The translations under genes were made by a program, and so were the position numbers. Positions 1 to 8,215 of a stretch of DNA of 30,598 nt are shown here, piece by piece. The notes below the pieces were generated by a model. That model made no database searches. It was given only the letters and a program-made list of their open reading frames with translations, and was not told the DNA's origin. This DNA comes from a virus (Duplodnaviria > Heunggongvirae > Uroviricota > Caudoviricetes), in IMG/VR virus record IMGVR_UViG_638341084_000008, one strand, 5' to 3'. Numbering within the stretch: position 1 is the first letter of the stretch; every line of letters starts with the position of its first letter.

Positions 1-117
1 AAACACCATGACGAACTGCATGCGGATACCGTGGCATTTGAAGAGAAGTATGGCTCCCAGCTGGAGCTGATATTTCGTTTTATCGATCGTGCGCTGGCAA
101 TTGGCGTGCTGGCCTGA
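1..117 (+). CDS. 3' end of an upstream ORF of unknown function (partial; open from the window edge to TGA at 115-117)
   Basis: Frame 1 is open from position 1 to the stop at 115-117, ending ...[15 protein letters not shown]. It lies directly upstream of Q, where lambdoid phages carry nin-region genes. No family was recognised. Confidence 0.3.
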   Translation, partial: KHHDELHADTVAFEEKYGSQLELIFRFIDRALAIGVLA

Positions 118-134
118 TTTTGTGGAGAACGTTG

Positions 135-500
135 ATGCGTGATATTCAAATGGTTCTTGAACGTTGGGGGGCATGGGTGGCAAATAATCACGAGGATGTC
201 ACCTGGTCGTCTATTGCTGCAGGATTTAAAGGACTAATCCCTTCAAAAGTAAAATCCCGCCCGCAATGTTGTGACGATGATGCGATGATCATTTGTGGGT
301 GCATGGCTCGCCTGAAAAAGAACAACAGCGATTTGCACGATTTATTAGTGGATTATTATGTAGGTGGTATGACGTTTATGGCGCTTGCCCGTAAACATGG
401 GCGTTCTGATTGCTGGGTTGGGCGTTTATTGCAAAAGGCTGAAGGTGTAGTTGATGGCATGTTAATGATGTTAGAAATTGAGCTAGAGATGGATCGTTAG
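135..500 (+). CDS. Q: Late-gene antitermination protein Q (QuuD/phage-82-type small Q)
   Basis: The ORF translation from the ATG at 135 ([60 protein letters not shown]...) matches my memory of DLP12 QuuD-type Q proteins. It sits immediately upstream of the lysis cassette. The track start at 120 is a TTG, so the ATG at 135 is preferred. Confidence 0.8.
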   Translation: MRDIQMVLERWGAWVANNHEDVTWSSIAAGFKGLIPSKVKSRPQCCDDDAMIICGCMARLKKNNSDLHDLLVDYYVGGMTFMALARKHGRSDCWVGRLLQKAEGVVDGMLMMLEIELEMDR

Positions 501-511
501 AAGACCTCTTA

Positions 512-585
512 TTGAGGGGGTAATTGAATCAGTTTAATGTGTGGGGAGTCGATTTATTCTCCCCATTTTATTTAATTAATTTACT
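512..585 (+). promoter_or_regulatory. Candidate late promoter / Q-utilisation region with hairpin, immediately downstream of Q
   Basis: TTGAGG (512-517), a 17-nt spacer and TAATGT (535-540) form a sigma-70-like -35/-10 pair. A hairpin GGGGAG..CTCCCC (543-564) is followed by a T-rich tract. The position after Q is where lambdoid PR'/qut normally lies. This is read by eye only. Confidence 0.3.
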
Positions 586-1031
586 TAAGGTTTTAATTCA
601 TCAAGACGTTGTTGGATAGTGTTTTTGCTTGCGTTGTCTGTTATAGCCATTTGTTGTACTTGCCCCATTGCCATTTGAGTTTCCATCCACATATCGGCCC
701 ACACTTTTGTATCGTTATTAACTTGAGCGATAGTAAATCTGACTTTTGATACCGGGGTTGTTGAATAGGCATTGCCGATTAACATTTGTCCAAAAACAGC
801 AGACCCGCCTTCCAGTTCTTTACCACATATAACACTGCTGTTATCAGCGTTGTAAATTATCAACCCTCTACTATTGCAGTAATTCACAAGGGCATCTTTG
901 ACTTTATCTTTTGTCGTATTTTGATAAACCCCCTCAGGTTTTCCTGATTGAGTTTTTTTTATCAATGGTACGGAAGAAGTACAACCTGAAATGATAGTTG
1001 CGCTAAGTAATAGTACAGTCATTTTATTCAT
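585..1031 (-). CDS. Predicted lipoprotein of unknown function, antisense to late transcription (moron candidate)
   Basis: 148-aa ORF with an N-terminal signal peptide and lipobox (MNKMTVLLLSATIISGC, Cys as the +1 residue). It sits on the opposite strand between Q and the late genes, the same position as the antisense porin morons in DLP12 and PA-2. Confidence 0.55.
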   Translation of the reverse strand: MNKMTVLLLSATIISGCTSSVPLIKKTQSGKPEGVYQNTTKDKVKDALVNYCNSRGLIIYNADNSSVICGKELEGGSAVFGQMLIGNAYSTTPVSKVRFTIAQVNNDTKVWADMWMETQMAMGQVQQMAITDNASKNTIQQRLDELKP

Positions 1032-1160
1032 GTTTCTTATCCATTGTTAAGGGCATACCTACACAATTATTTTTATTGGAGATGAATAATCAACCGTTTA
1101 CAATCGTAAAAAATCAAATATGCTGTTAAGAGTGGTTACTTCGCCACACAACTTAAACCC

Positions 1161-1179
1161 GCCGCTGAGCGGTTTTTTT
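1161..1179 (+). terminator. Weak hairpin plus T7 run, candidate intrinsic terminator (possible tR'-like element)
   Basis: CCGC-TGA-GCGG short stem followed by TTTTTTT (1173-1179). The stem is only 4 bp, so this is weak. Confidence 0.3.
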
Positions 1180-1299
1180 GTACCTGTAAACTTGGTGCAG
1201 TACAGTAAACACGCTGGTGGTCGTGAATACTGACCTTTTATCTTGCTGGCTTTTTAGACAAGAGTTATTGGTATGTCATGTTAACCAGAAGGGAAAAAG

Positions 1300-1505
1300 A
1301 CATGCTAAAACAGCAAGATATGACAGAAACCGCCGCCGCAGTCCTTCATTTCTTACCTGCTGACAAGTGGGTAACGCCACGCATGATGACGAGAACTACC
1401 GGAGTAAGCGAAGCCCGGTGCCAGTTAATACTGACTCAGTTAGTTCTGGCGGGTCTGGCGAAGGATAACGGCGGATACGGGAATAAATTCAGACGCTGCC
1501 AGTAA
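1300..1505 (+). CDS. Small putative winged-helix DNA-binding protein, possibly PapI/FaeA-like
   Basis: ATG at 1300 is preceded by AAGGGAAA; the track's upstream start at 1278 is less well placed. The segment VLHFLPADKWVTPRMMTRTTGVSEARCQLILTQLVLAGLA resembles the PapI/FaeA regulator pattern from memory. The family assignment is tentative. Confidence 0.45.
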
Positions 1506-1655
1506 TGGCGGTTTCCTGCTGTGAAAATGGGCGGCTGGTGGGTGTTGGTAGCACCTGCCAGCCATTCGCTCATGCTTACTGGTCACAAGCGAACCACGGC
1601 CCACTGCTTTAGCGCAAAAGCAGAGTGAGCCTACCAGAGTTACGCTTACTGATCC

Positions 1656-2708
1656 ATGAAAAATACTGTAAAAATAAACAGTGTTGATTTAATCAACGCT
1701 GATTGCCTGCATTTTATTCAGTCCCTGCCTGATGATTCCATTGACCTGATTGTTACCGATCCGCCGTACTTCAAGGTGAAACCCAACGGTTGGGACAATC
1801 AGTGGAAAGGGGACGAAGATTACCTTAAGTGGCTGGACCACTGTCTGGCCCAGTTCTGGCGGGTGTTAAAACCTGCCGGAAGCCTTTACCTGTTCTGTGG
1901 GCATCGCCTGGCATCTGATATTGAGATCATGATGCGTGAACGTTTCAACGTGCTTAACCATATCATCTGGGCGAAGCCGTCCGGACGTTGGAATGGGTGT
2001 AATAAAGAAAGTCTGCGCGCATATTTTCCTGCCACAGAGCGCGTTCTGTTTGCTGAACATTACCAGGGGCCATATCGCGGCAAAAGTGACGGCTATGCAG
2101 CAAAAGAAAGGGAACTCAAACAGCACATAATGGCACCGCTGATATCGTATTTCAGGGATGCTCGTGCCGAACTGGGTATAACGGCAAAACAAATTGCCGA
2201 AGCCACAGGTAAGAAAAATATGGTTTCCCACTGGTTTGGTGCCAGTCAGTGGCAGTTGCCGAATGAGGCTGACTATCGGAAGTTACAGGCACTGTTTTCC
2301 CGTATAGCGGCAGAGAAGTTTCAGGAACAACAACTGGAACAACCACACCACCAGCTGGTGGCATCTTATGATTCACTGAATCGCAAATATTCTGAATTGC
2401 TGGATGAGTTTAAATCTCTCCGGCGCTATTTCTCCGTATCAGTCTCCGTGCCTTATACCGATGTCTGGANGCATAAACCCGTTCAGTTCTACCCGGGNAA
2501 ACATCCGTGTGAGAAACCGGCGGATATGCTCNGGCAAATAATCAATGCCAGTAGTCGNCCNGGTGATCTGGTTGCTGATTTTTTTATGGGATCCGGTTCC
2601 ACAATAAAAGCAGCAATGGCGCTGGGGCGTCGGGCCTTAGGTGTTGAGCTTGAGTCAGAGCGGTTTAACCAGACAGTGAAAGAGATAAACGAGCTGGTGG
2701 GGAAATAA
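1656..2708 (+). CDS. DNA methyltransferase, beta-class amino-methyltransferase (N6-adenine or N4-cytosine)
   Basis: Catalytic motif IV DPPY (IVTDPPYF) lies near the N-terminus and the AdoMet-binding motif I (FFMGSGST) near the C-terminus, which is the beta-class order. The gene contains five N bases (2470, 2498, 2513, 2568, 2571) that give X residues in the translation. Confidence 0.85.
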
Positions 2709-2714
2709 TCTGGT

Positions 2715-2736
2715 GGCCACGTCAGGTGGCCTTTTT
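2715..2736 (+). terminator. Intrinsic terminator between the methyltransferase gene and the holin
   Basis: GGCCAC-GTCAG-GTGGCC hairpin followed by TTTTT. It would be read through under Q antitermination. Confidence 0.55.
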
Positions 2737-2775
2737 ATTTCCATTACACAGCACCCGCATCTGCGAGGTGGGGTT

Positions 2776-2991
2776 ATGAAATCCATGGATAAGTTAACAA
2801 CGGGTGTCGCCTATGGCACCTCAGCAGGTAGTGCCGGGTACTGGTTTTTACAGTTGCTCGATAAAGTCACGCCCTCACAGTGGGCGGCAATAGGTGTGCT
2901 GGGTAGTCTGGTATTTGGCTTGCTGACGTATCTGACAAACCTTTATTTCAAGATTAAAGAAGACAAGCGTAAGGCTGCACGGGGAGAGTAA
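2776..2991 (+). CDS. S: Holin, phage-21 S-type (pinholin) with dual-start motif
   Basis: [71 protein letters not shown] closely matches my memory of S21. The two starts (MKSMDK.. and MDK..) are the classic holin/antiholin arrangement. GAGGTGGGG precedes the ATG at 2776; the track start at 2713 is a GTG inside the terminator. Confidence 0.85.
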
Positions 2992-2995
2992 TTCA

Positions 2996-3340
2996 ATGAC
3001 TCAAAACTATGAACTGATTGTGAAAGGGATCCGCAATTTTGAGAATAAAGTTACGGTAACTGTAGCGTTACGGGACAAAAAACGCTTTGACGGTGAAATT
3101 TTTGACCTGGACATCTCGCTGGACCGTGTTGAAGGTGCCGCGCTGGAGTTTTATGAGGCAGCAGCCAGAAGGAGCATCAGACAGGTCTTCCTGGATGTTG
3201 CTGCCGGGTTATGTGAAGGGGATGAGCAGTCGCCGGAAAAGCGCCCCGTAATTTTAGAGGCGCAGGATGTGTTGATAACCTACAGAGGAAAACTACCGGG
3301 AATAATTACGGGTTCTCTGAAGAGTCCGCCGAAATGGTAA
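2996..3340 (+). CDS. Hypothetical protein inserted between holin and endolysin
   Basis: 114-aa ORF starting 4 nt after the holin stop, with GGGGAGAG upstream. No family was recognised. The lysis cassette is normally S-R-Rz without intervening genes. Confidence 0.5.
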   Translation: MTQNYELIVKGIRNFENKVTVTVALRDKKRFDGEIFDLDISLDRVEGAALEFYEAAARRSIRQVFLDVAAGLCEGDEQSPEKRPVILEAQDVLITYRGKLPGIITGSLKSPPKW

Positions 3341-3578
3341 TTTTACCAGCATATTTTTCATCCAGTAATACAGCAAGCCGCCTGAAAGAGTCTTGTTGTT
3401 CCTGAGACCATTTGGGATTGCATGATTCAAACTGGATTGATGCCAGCGTTGATTGCATCTGTTCCCTTGGAATTGAGAATGCCAGATATGAGAAGGCGAC
3501 GGTAAGGGTATTCACGTCTTCCCGAAGCCTGGAAATGCTGTCGAGCAACTCCTGTAGAGAAATGGTGTTATTGTCCAT
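3306..3578 (-). CDS. Hypothetical protein, convergent with and overlapping the 3' end of the 2996..3340 gene
   Basis: 90-aa ORF on the minus strand with GAGGA about 7 nt upstream of its ATG. It fills the 344-bp gap between the upstream unknown gene and the endolysin. No family was recognised. Confidence 0.4.
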   Translation of the reverse strand: MDNNTISLQELLDSISRLREDVNTLTVAFSYLAFSIPREQMQSTLASIQFESCNPKWSQEQQDSFRRLAVLLDEKYAGKITISADSSENP

Positions 3579-3683
3579 AAATAATCCTCATGATTGTATT
3601 GACCTGTTAGCAGCCTGAGGCAACAGGCTGGAACTGATAAACATATCCAGGGCTCAGAAACCGATAAATCCTGATAAATATCC

Positions 3684-4217
3684 ATGAACGCAAAAATCAG
3701 ATACGGCCTGTCGGCTGCCGTTCTGGCGCTGATTGCCGCTGGTGCGCCTGCGCCTGACATTCTCGACCAGTTTCTGGATGAAAAGGAAGGTAACCACACC
3801 ACGGCATACCGTGATGGCGCGGGTATCTGGACCATCTGCCGCGGTGCCATCCTGGTGGATGGCAAACCTGTCGTTCCGGGCATGAAGTTGTCGAAGGAAA
3901 AATGCGACCGGGTTAACGCCATTGAGCGTGATAAGGCGCTGGCATGGGTGGAGAAAAACATCAAAGTGCCATTGAGCGAACCACAGAAAGCGGGTATAGC
4001 GTCATTTTGTCCCTATAACATTGGCCCCGGTAAGTGTTTCCCGTCGACGTTTTATAAGCGGCTGAATGCCGGTGATCGTAAGAGTGCATGCGAGGCGATT
4101 CGCTGGTGGATAAAAGATGGTGGGCGCGATTGCCGCATACGTTCAAATAACTGCTATGGACAGGTTATTCGTCGTGACCAGGAAAGCGCATTAGCCTGCT
4201 GGGGGATAGATCAGTGA
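3684..4217 (+). CDS. R: Endolysin (lysozyme), probably a SAR-type endolysin
   Basis: The N-terminus has a weakly hydrophobic Gly/Ala-rich segment ([17 protein letters not shown]) followed by a lysozyme-like region ([20 protein letters not shown]). Both the position after the holin and the pairing with a pinholin fit the phage-21 lysis arrangement. Confidence 0.85.
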   Translation: MNAKIRYGLSAAVLALIAAGAPAPDILDQFLDEKEGNHTTAYRDGAGIWTICRGAILVDGKPVVPGMKLSKEKCDRVNAIERDKALAWVEKNIKVPLSEPQKAGIASFCPYNIGPGKCFPSTFYKRLNAGDRKSACEAIRWWIKDGGRDCRIRSNNCYGQVIRRDQESALACWGIDQ

Positions 4218-4681
4218 GCAGAGTCGCCGCGATTATTTATGCTCTGGTTATCTGCATCATCGTCTGCCTGTCGTGGGCGGTCAATCATTACCGTGATAAC
4301 GCCATCGCCTACAAAGAACAGCGTGATAAAAAAGTCAGTGAGCTGAAGCAGGCGACCGCCACCATTACTGACATGCAGCAACGCCAGCGTGCTGCTGATG
4401 TACTCGATGCTAAATACACGAAGGAGTTGGCTGATGCGAAAGCTGAAAATGATGCTCTTCGGCGCAAGCTTGATAATGGTGGTCGGGTGCTCGTCAAAGG
4501 AAAATGCTCTGTGCCATCCTCAGCCGAAACCTCCAGCGCCTCCGGCATGGGCAATGATGCCACCGTCGAACTCTCTCCAGTTGCTGGACGAAACGTTCTC
4601 GGTATCCGGGACGGAATCATCAGAGACCAGACAGCACTGAGAACGCTTCAGGAATATATCAGGACGCAATGCCTTCGATGA
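4214..4681 (+). CDS. Rz: Spanin inner-membrane subunit Rz (i-spanin)
   Basis: N-terminal transmembrane segment followed by a coiled-coil-like charged region. The GTG start overlaps the endolysin stop (GTGA), and the gene has an embedded +1 frame lipoprotein ORF. Confidence 0.8.
   Translation: MSRVAAIIYALVICIIVCLSWAVNHYRDNAIAYKEQRDKKVSELKQATATITDMQQRQRAADVLDAKYTKELADAKAENDALRRKLDNGGRVLVKGKCSVPSSAETSSASGMGNDATVELSPVAGRNVLGIRDGIIRDQTALRTLQEYIRTQCLR
4434..4640 (+). CDS. Rz1: Spanin outer-membrane lipoprotein subunit Rz1 (o-spanin), embedded in Rz
   Basis: The embedded ORF encodes [21 protein letters not shown]..., with lipobox VVGC and a proline-rich mature part. AAGGAG lies at 4421-4426 before the ATG at 4434. 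Confidence 0.7.
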   Translation: MRKLKMMLFGASLIMVVGCSSKENALCHPQPKPPAPPAWAMMPPSNSLQLLDETFSVSGTESSETRQH

Positions 4682-5199
4682 TAGCGATAATTTTACTCAT
4701 CATCCTTCACATCTGGCTCTGTAGACAGGGTGGTGATCACTTCTGGAGTGAATCCAGATTAAACATCTCATTGCTGATGCTTGAAGTTGAGCATCTGGCG
4801 CGCGGTAAGGGGCTGCGTTGAAATAAGAGCCAGTCATTACAAATACCAGGATTTAGCCTCGTATTCGCGGGGCTTTTTATTGCCATTACAAAAGCCACTC
4901 CCTACAGAGTGGCTTTGATAATGGCTTATACCCTACACGGGATAACTTAACTGATATCCCTTTTAACGGATAAAGGTATTCAAGCCTGACACATCATGCG
5001 CTGTATCGTCGCCGTATTCCCGTATTAACAGAGACCGTAGCCCGACGGGGAACTCCTTCTGCGAGAGTGTGCGGGGGTGGAAGAAACAGGATACTCACAC
5101 AGATTCTTGTGGGCACGATGCTATTCCTTTCTGGATTATCCCGATGCCATTCATGCAAGGCGCTGTATCAGACGTTCGTCATGGCTGTCAGGCTGACGG

Positions 5200-5410
5200 G
5201 TCCTCCCGGTGGGGTGGCCTGCCACGGGGCGGGAGCGTCGCGGAAAAAGGCTAGTTTTTGCATTTTTATTGGCCACCATCATCTTTGCATCTTATTGATT
5301 ATTAATGGTTATTTGTTTTTTGCATGTCGAATTGAGTGTTTTTTGTTCGACATCGAACGCGTTTTCTTAAAGTTGTTCGCACGATGCATGTTTAAAGCTC
5401 TCCGGAGGAA
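5200..5410. other. Candidate cos region (cosN-like GC-rich core plus small-terminase binding repeats)
   Basis: It lies between Rz and the small terminase gene, where cos sits in lambdoid phages. ACGGGGCGGGAGCGTCGCGG (about 5224-5243) resembles the lambda cohesive-end region. Three TTTGCAT repeats (about 5257, 5284, 5318) and a palindrome ATGTCGAA..TTCGACAT (5333-5363) follow. Confidence 0.4.
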
Positions 5411-5412
5411 AT

Positions 5413-5904
5413 ATGGATCATGAGTTGAAAAACCTGGTGCTGAATATTAATCAACTGGCGGCTTTATCTGGTCTGCACCGCCAGACTGTCGTGGCAAGAC
5501 TGAAAAACATTCGTCCCGCTGGTGGACATGACAAACTCAAGCTATACCGGTTGACCGATATTCTGACTGAATTTATGGGGTTACCACCGCCGGTTGCTGA
5601 GGGCGAAATGGATCCACATGAACGCAAAGCCTGGTATCAGTCTGAACGTGAGCGTCTTAAGTTCGAACAGGAAACGGCACAACTCATTCCGGCCAGTGAT
5701 GTCAGACGGGAGTTTGCCATCTGGGCAAAAGCGGTCGTGCAGGTGCTGGAGACATTACCGGATATTCTGGAACGTGACTGCGGCCTGCAGCCTGCCGCTG
5801 TGAGCCGTGTTCAGTCCATTATTGATGATCTGCGCGATCAGATAGCCCTGCGGGTGACCGAAGCAGGTGCGGATGATGAGGAGGAATTACAGCAGGAGGA
5901 GTAA
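5413..5904 (+). CDS. Terminase small subunit (Nu1-like)
   Basis: 163-aa protein with an N-terminal HTH-like segment (LAALSGLHRQTVVARL) and an acidic C-terminus. Its stop overlaps the large-subunit start (TAATG). Confidence 0.8.
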   Translation: MDHELKNLVLNINQLAALSGLHRQTVVARLKNIRPAGGHDKLKLYRLTDILTEFMGLPPPVAEGEMDPHERKAWYQSERERLKFEQETAQLIPASDVRREFAIWAKAVVQVLETLPDILERDCGLQPAAVSRVQSIIDDLRDQIALRVTEAGADDEEELQQEE

Positions 5905-8006
5905 TGCTGAATCAGGAAACCGCAACGGCAGCACGAACCGATTCAGGTTATATCCTTCGCGCACCGAGACGAATGCGGGTTGCTGATGCCGTTGCTCAGT
6001 ATATGCGGGTGCCCATGGGGGCAGGGAACTCAGTCCCGTGGGATCCGCTGGTGGCACCGTATGTTATTGAGCCGATGAACTGCCTGGCCTCGCGTGAATA
6101 CGACGCAGTGATATTTGTTGGCCCGGCACGAACCGGCAAGACTATCGGCCTGATTGACGGCTGGGTGATTTACAACGTGATTTGCGACCCTGCGGATATG
6201 CTGATCATTCAGATGACGGAGGAAAAAGCCCGCGAACACTCCAAAAAACGACTCGCCAGAACGTTTCGCGTCAGCCCGGAAGTGGTCAGTCGCCTGAGTC
6301 CGAACAAAAATGACAACAACGTTTATGACAGAACATTCCTTGCTGGCAACTACCTGAAAATCGGCTGGCCGTCAGTCAATATCATGTCCTCATCAGATTA
6401 TAAATGCGTCGCGCTGACGGATTATGACCGTTTTCCGGAAGATATTGATGGCGAGGGGGATGCTTTCTCTCTTGCCTCAAAACGTACCACAACATTTATG
6501 TCCAGTGGTATGACGCTGGTGGAGAGTTCCCCCGGCAGGGATGTGAAGGATGTGAAATGGCGACGGACTTCACCGCATGAGGCTCCACCAACCACTGGGA
6601 TACTGTCGCTCTATAACCGTGGCGATCGCCGTCGCTGGTACTGGCCCTGTCCACACTGTGGTGAGTATTTTCAGCCCTGCGGCGATGTGGTTGCTGGTTT
6701 CCGTGATATTGCCGATCCCGTGCTGGCAAGTGAGGCGGCTTATATTCAGTGTCCTTCCTGTTCAGGACGGATTATGCCTGAACAAAAACGTGAGCTGAAC
6801 GGACGTGGGGTCTGGCTGCGGGATGGTGAATCCATCAATGCGGATGGCAGTCGTTATGGTGATCCCCGACGCTCACGTATTGCGTCATTCTGGATGGAGG
6901 GTCCGGCAGCTGCTTACCAGACACTCTCGCAACTCGTTTACAAACTGCTTACTGCAGAACAGGAATACGAGACAACCGGAAGTGAAGAAACACTCAAGAC
7001 GGTTATCAATACCGACTGGGGATTACCTTATCTTCCCCGCGCCAGCATGGAGCAACGAAAAAGTGAACTGCTTGAGCAGCGGGCAGAGCCAGTTCCTTCC
7101 CGCAGTGTGCCGGATGGCGTTAATTTCCTTGTGGCGACAGTGGATGTGCAGGCGGGACGTCATCGCCGTTTTGTGGTTCAGGTAACGGGCTATGGCAGCC
7201 GTGGCGAACGCTGGATTATTGATCGTTACAACATCACGCAGTCATTGCGCGGTGACAGCGACGGGGAGAGCCAGCGAATTGATCCGGCCAGTTATCCGGA
7301 AGACTGGGATGTCCTGCTGACGGATGTTTTTCATAAAAGCTGGCCGCTGGCCTCCGATCCTTCTCAACAAATGCGACTGATGGCAATGGCGGTGGACTCC
7401 GGCGGTGAAGACGGGGTCACTGATAATGCCTATAAATTCTGGCGTCGTTGCCGTCGTGATGGCCTTGGTAAACGTATTTACCTGTTTAAGGGCGACAGCA
7501 TCCGGCGCGCAAAACTGATCACCCGTACATTCCCTGATAACACCGGACGAACGGGCCGACGGGCGCAGGCCGCAGGTGATGTACCGCTCTGGCTTCTTCA
7601 GACGGATGCCCTGAAAGACCGGGTGAATAACGCGTTATGGCGTGACTCGCCAGGTCCCGGCTATGTGCATTTCCCTGACTGGCTGGGGAGCTGGTTTTAC
7701 GACGAACTGACGTATGAAGAGCGGAGCAGTGACGGGAAATGGAGTAAGCCGGGTCGCGGTGCCAACGAAGCTTTTGACCTGATGGTGTATGCCGAGGCTC
7801 TGGTCATTCTGCATGGATACGAAAAGATCCGCTGGCCGGATGCACCGGAGTGGGCGAGCCGGGAAACCTGGCTGGAGTGTGTCCCGGACAGTACCGAACC
7901 GTCACCCTCACCGGAACCGGTATCCACGCCTGTTAAAAAACAAAAACGGAAGAAAACAGTAACTGACGATGTTAACCCCTGGCTGACTTCCGGAGGATGG
8001 TTATGA
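5904..8006 (+). CDS. Terminase large subunit (gpA-like)
   Basis: 700-aa protein with a Walker A-like motif (VGPARTGKT) in the N-terminal ATPase region, placed as in lambda between the small terminase and W/portal. Confidence 0.9.
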   Translation: MLNQETATAARTDSGYILRAPRRMRVADAVAQYMRVPMGAGNSVPWDPLVAPYVIEPMNCLASREYDAVIFVGPARTGKTIGLIDGWVIYNVICDPADMLIIQMTEEKAREHSKKRLARTFRVSPEVVSRLSPNKNDNNVYDRTFLAGNYLKIGWPSVNIMSSSDYKCVALTDYDRFPEDIDGEGDAFSLASKRTTTFMSSGMTLVESSPGRDVKDVKWRRTSPHEAPPTTGILSLYNRGDRRRWYWPCPHCGEYFQPCGDVVAGFRDIADPVLASEAAYIQCPSCSGRIMPEQKRELNGRGVWLRDGESINADGSRYGDPRRSRIASFWMEGPAAAYQTLSQLVYKLLTAEQEYETTGSEETLKTVINTDWGLPYLPRASMEQRKSELLEQRAEPVPSRSVPDGVNFLVATVDVQAGRHRRFVVQVTGYGSRGERWIIDRYNITQSLRGDSDGESQRIDPASYPEDWDVLLTDVFHKSWPLASDPSQQMRLMAMAVDSGGEDGVTDNAYKFWRRCRRDGLGKRIYLFKGDSIRRAKLITRTFPDNTGRTGRRAQAAGDVPLWLLQTDALKDRVNNALWRDSPGPGYVHFPDWLGSWFYDELTYEERSSDGKWSKPGRGANEAFDLMVYAEALVILHGYEKIRWPDAPEWASRETWLECVPDSTEPSPSPEPVSTPVKKQKRKKTVTDDVNPWLTSGGWL

Positions 8007-8215
8007 ACCAGAATGATATCGAAGCCATGATTCAGCGTTATACGGAAGCTGAAATGGCGGTGCTGGACGGAAAATCCGTCACCTTTAATGGTCAGCAGAT
8101 GACCATGGAAAACTTATCTGAGATCCGGCAGGGACGGCAGGAGTGGGAGCGCCGCCTTGCGGCTCTGATTACACGACGACGGGGGCATCCCGGGTACCGG
8201 CTGGCGAGGTTCTGA
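8003..8215 (+). CDS. W: Head-tail joining protein W
   Basis: About 70 aa; the C-terminal ...RRRGHPGYRLARF resembles lambda gpW (...QRRRGPAGFYV). GGAGG lies 6 nt upstream of the ATG at 8003. Confidence 0.75.
   Translation: MNQNDIEAMIQRYTEAEMAVLDGKSVTFNGQQMTMENLSEIRQGRQEWERRLAALITRRRGHPGYRLARF

Noticed and set aside
1500-1655. Possible tRNA genes between Q and the lysis genes, as in Stx phages
   Set aside because: No T-arm (GGTTCGA-like) or cloverleaf pattern was recognisable by eye in this stretch. A tRNA scan was not run.
4891-4916. Strong hairpin AAAGCCACTC-CCTACA-GAGTGGCTTT downstream of Rz
   Set aside because: It is not followed by a T-run, so it is not called a terminator. It may be a processing or stability element, but nothing supports a specific role.
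4700-5060. bor-like lipoprotein gene expected between Rz and cos
   Set aside because: No plausible ORF with a signal peptide or lipobox is present on either strand in this interval.
5067-5423. 118-aa and 61-aa + strand ORFs across the putative cos region
   Set aside because: They overlap the predicted cos and terminase-binding repeats, have poor start contexts and are Cys/Gly/Arg-rich, so they are likely non-coding.
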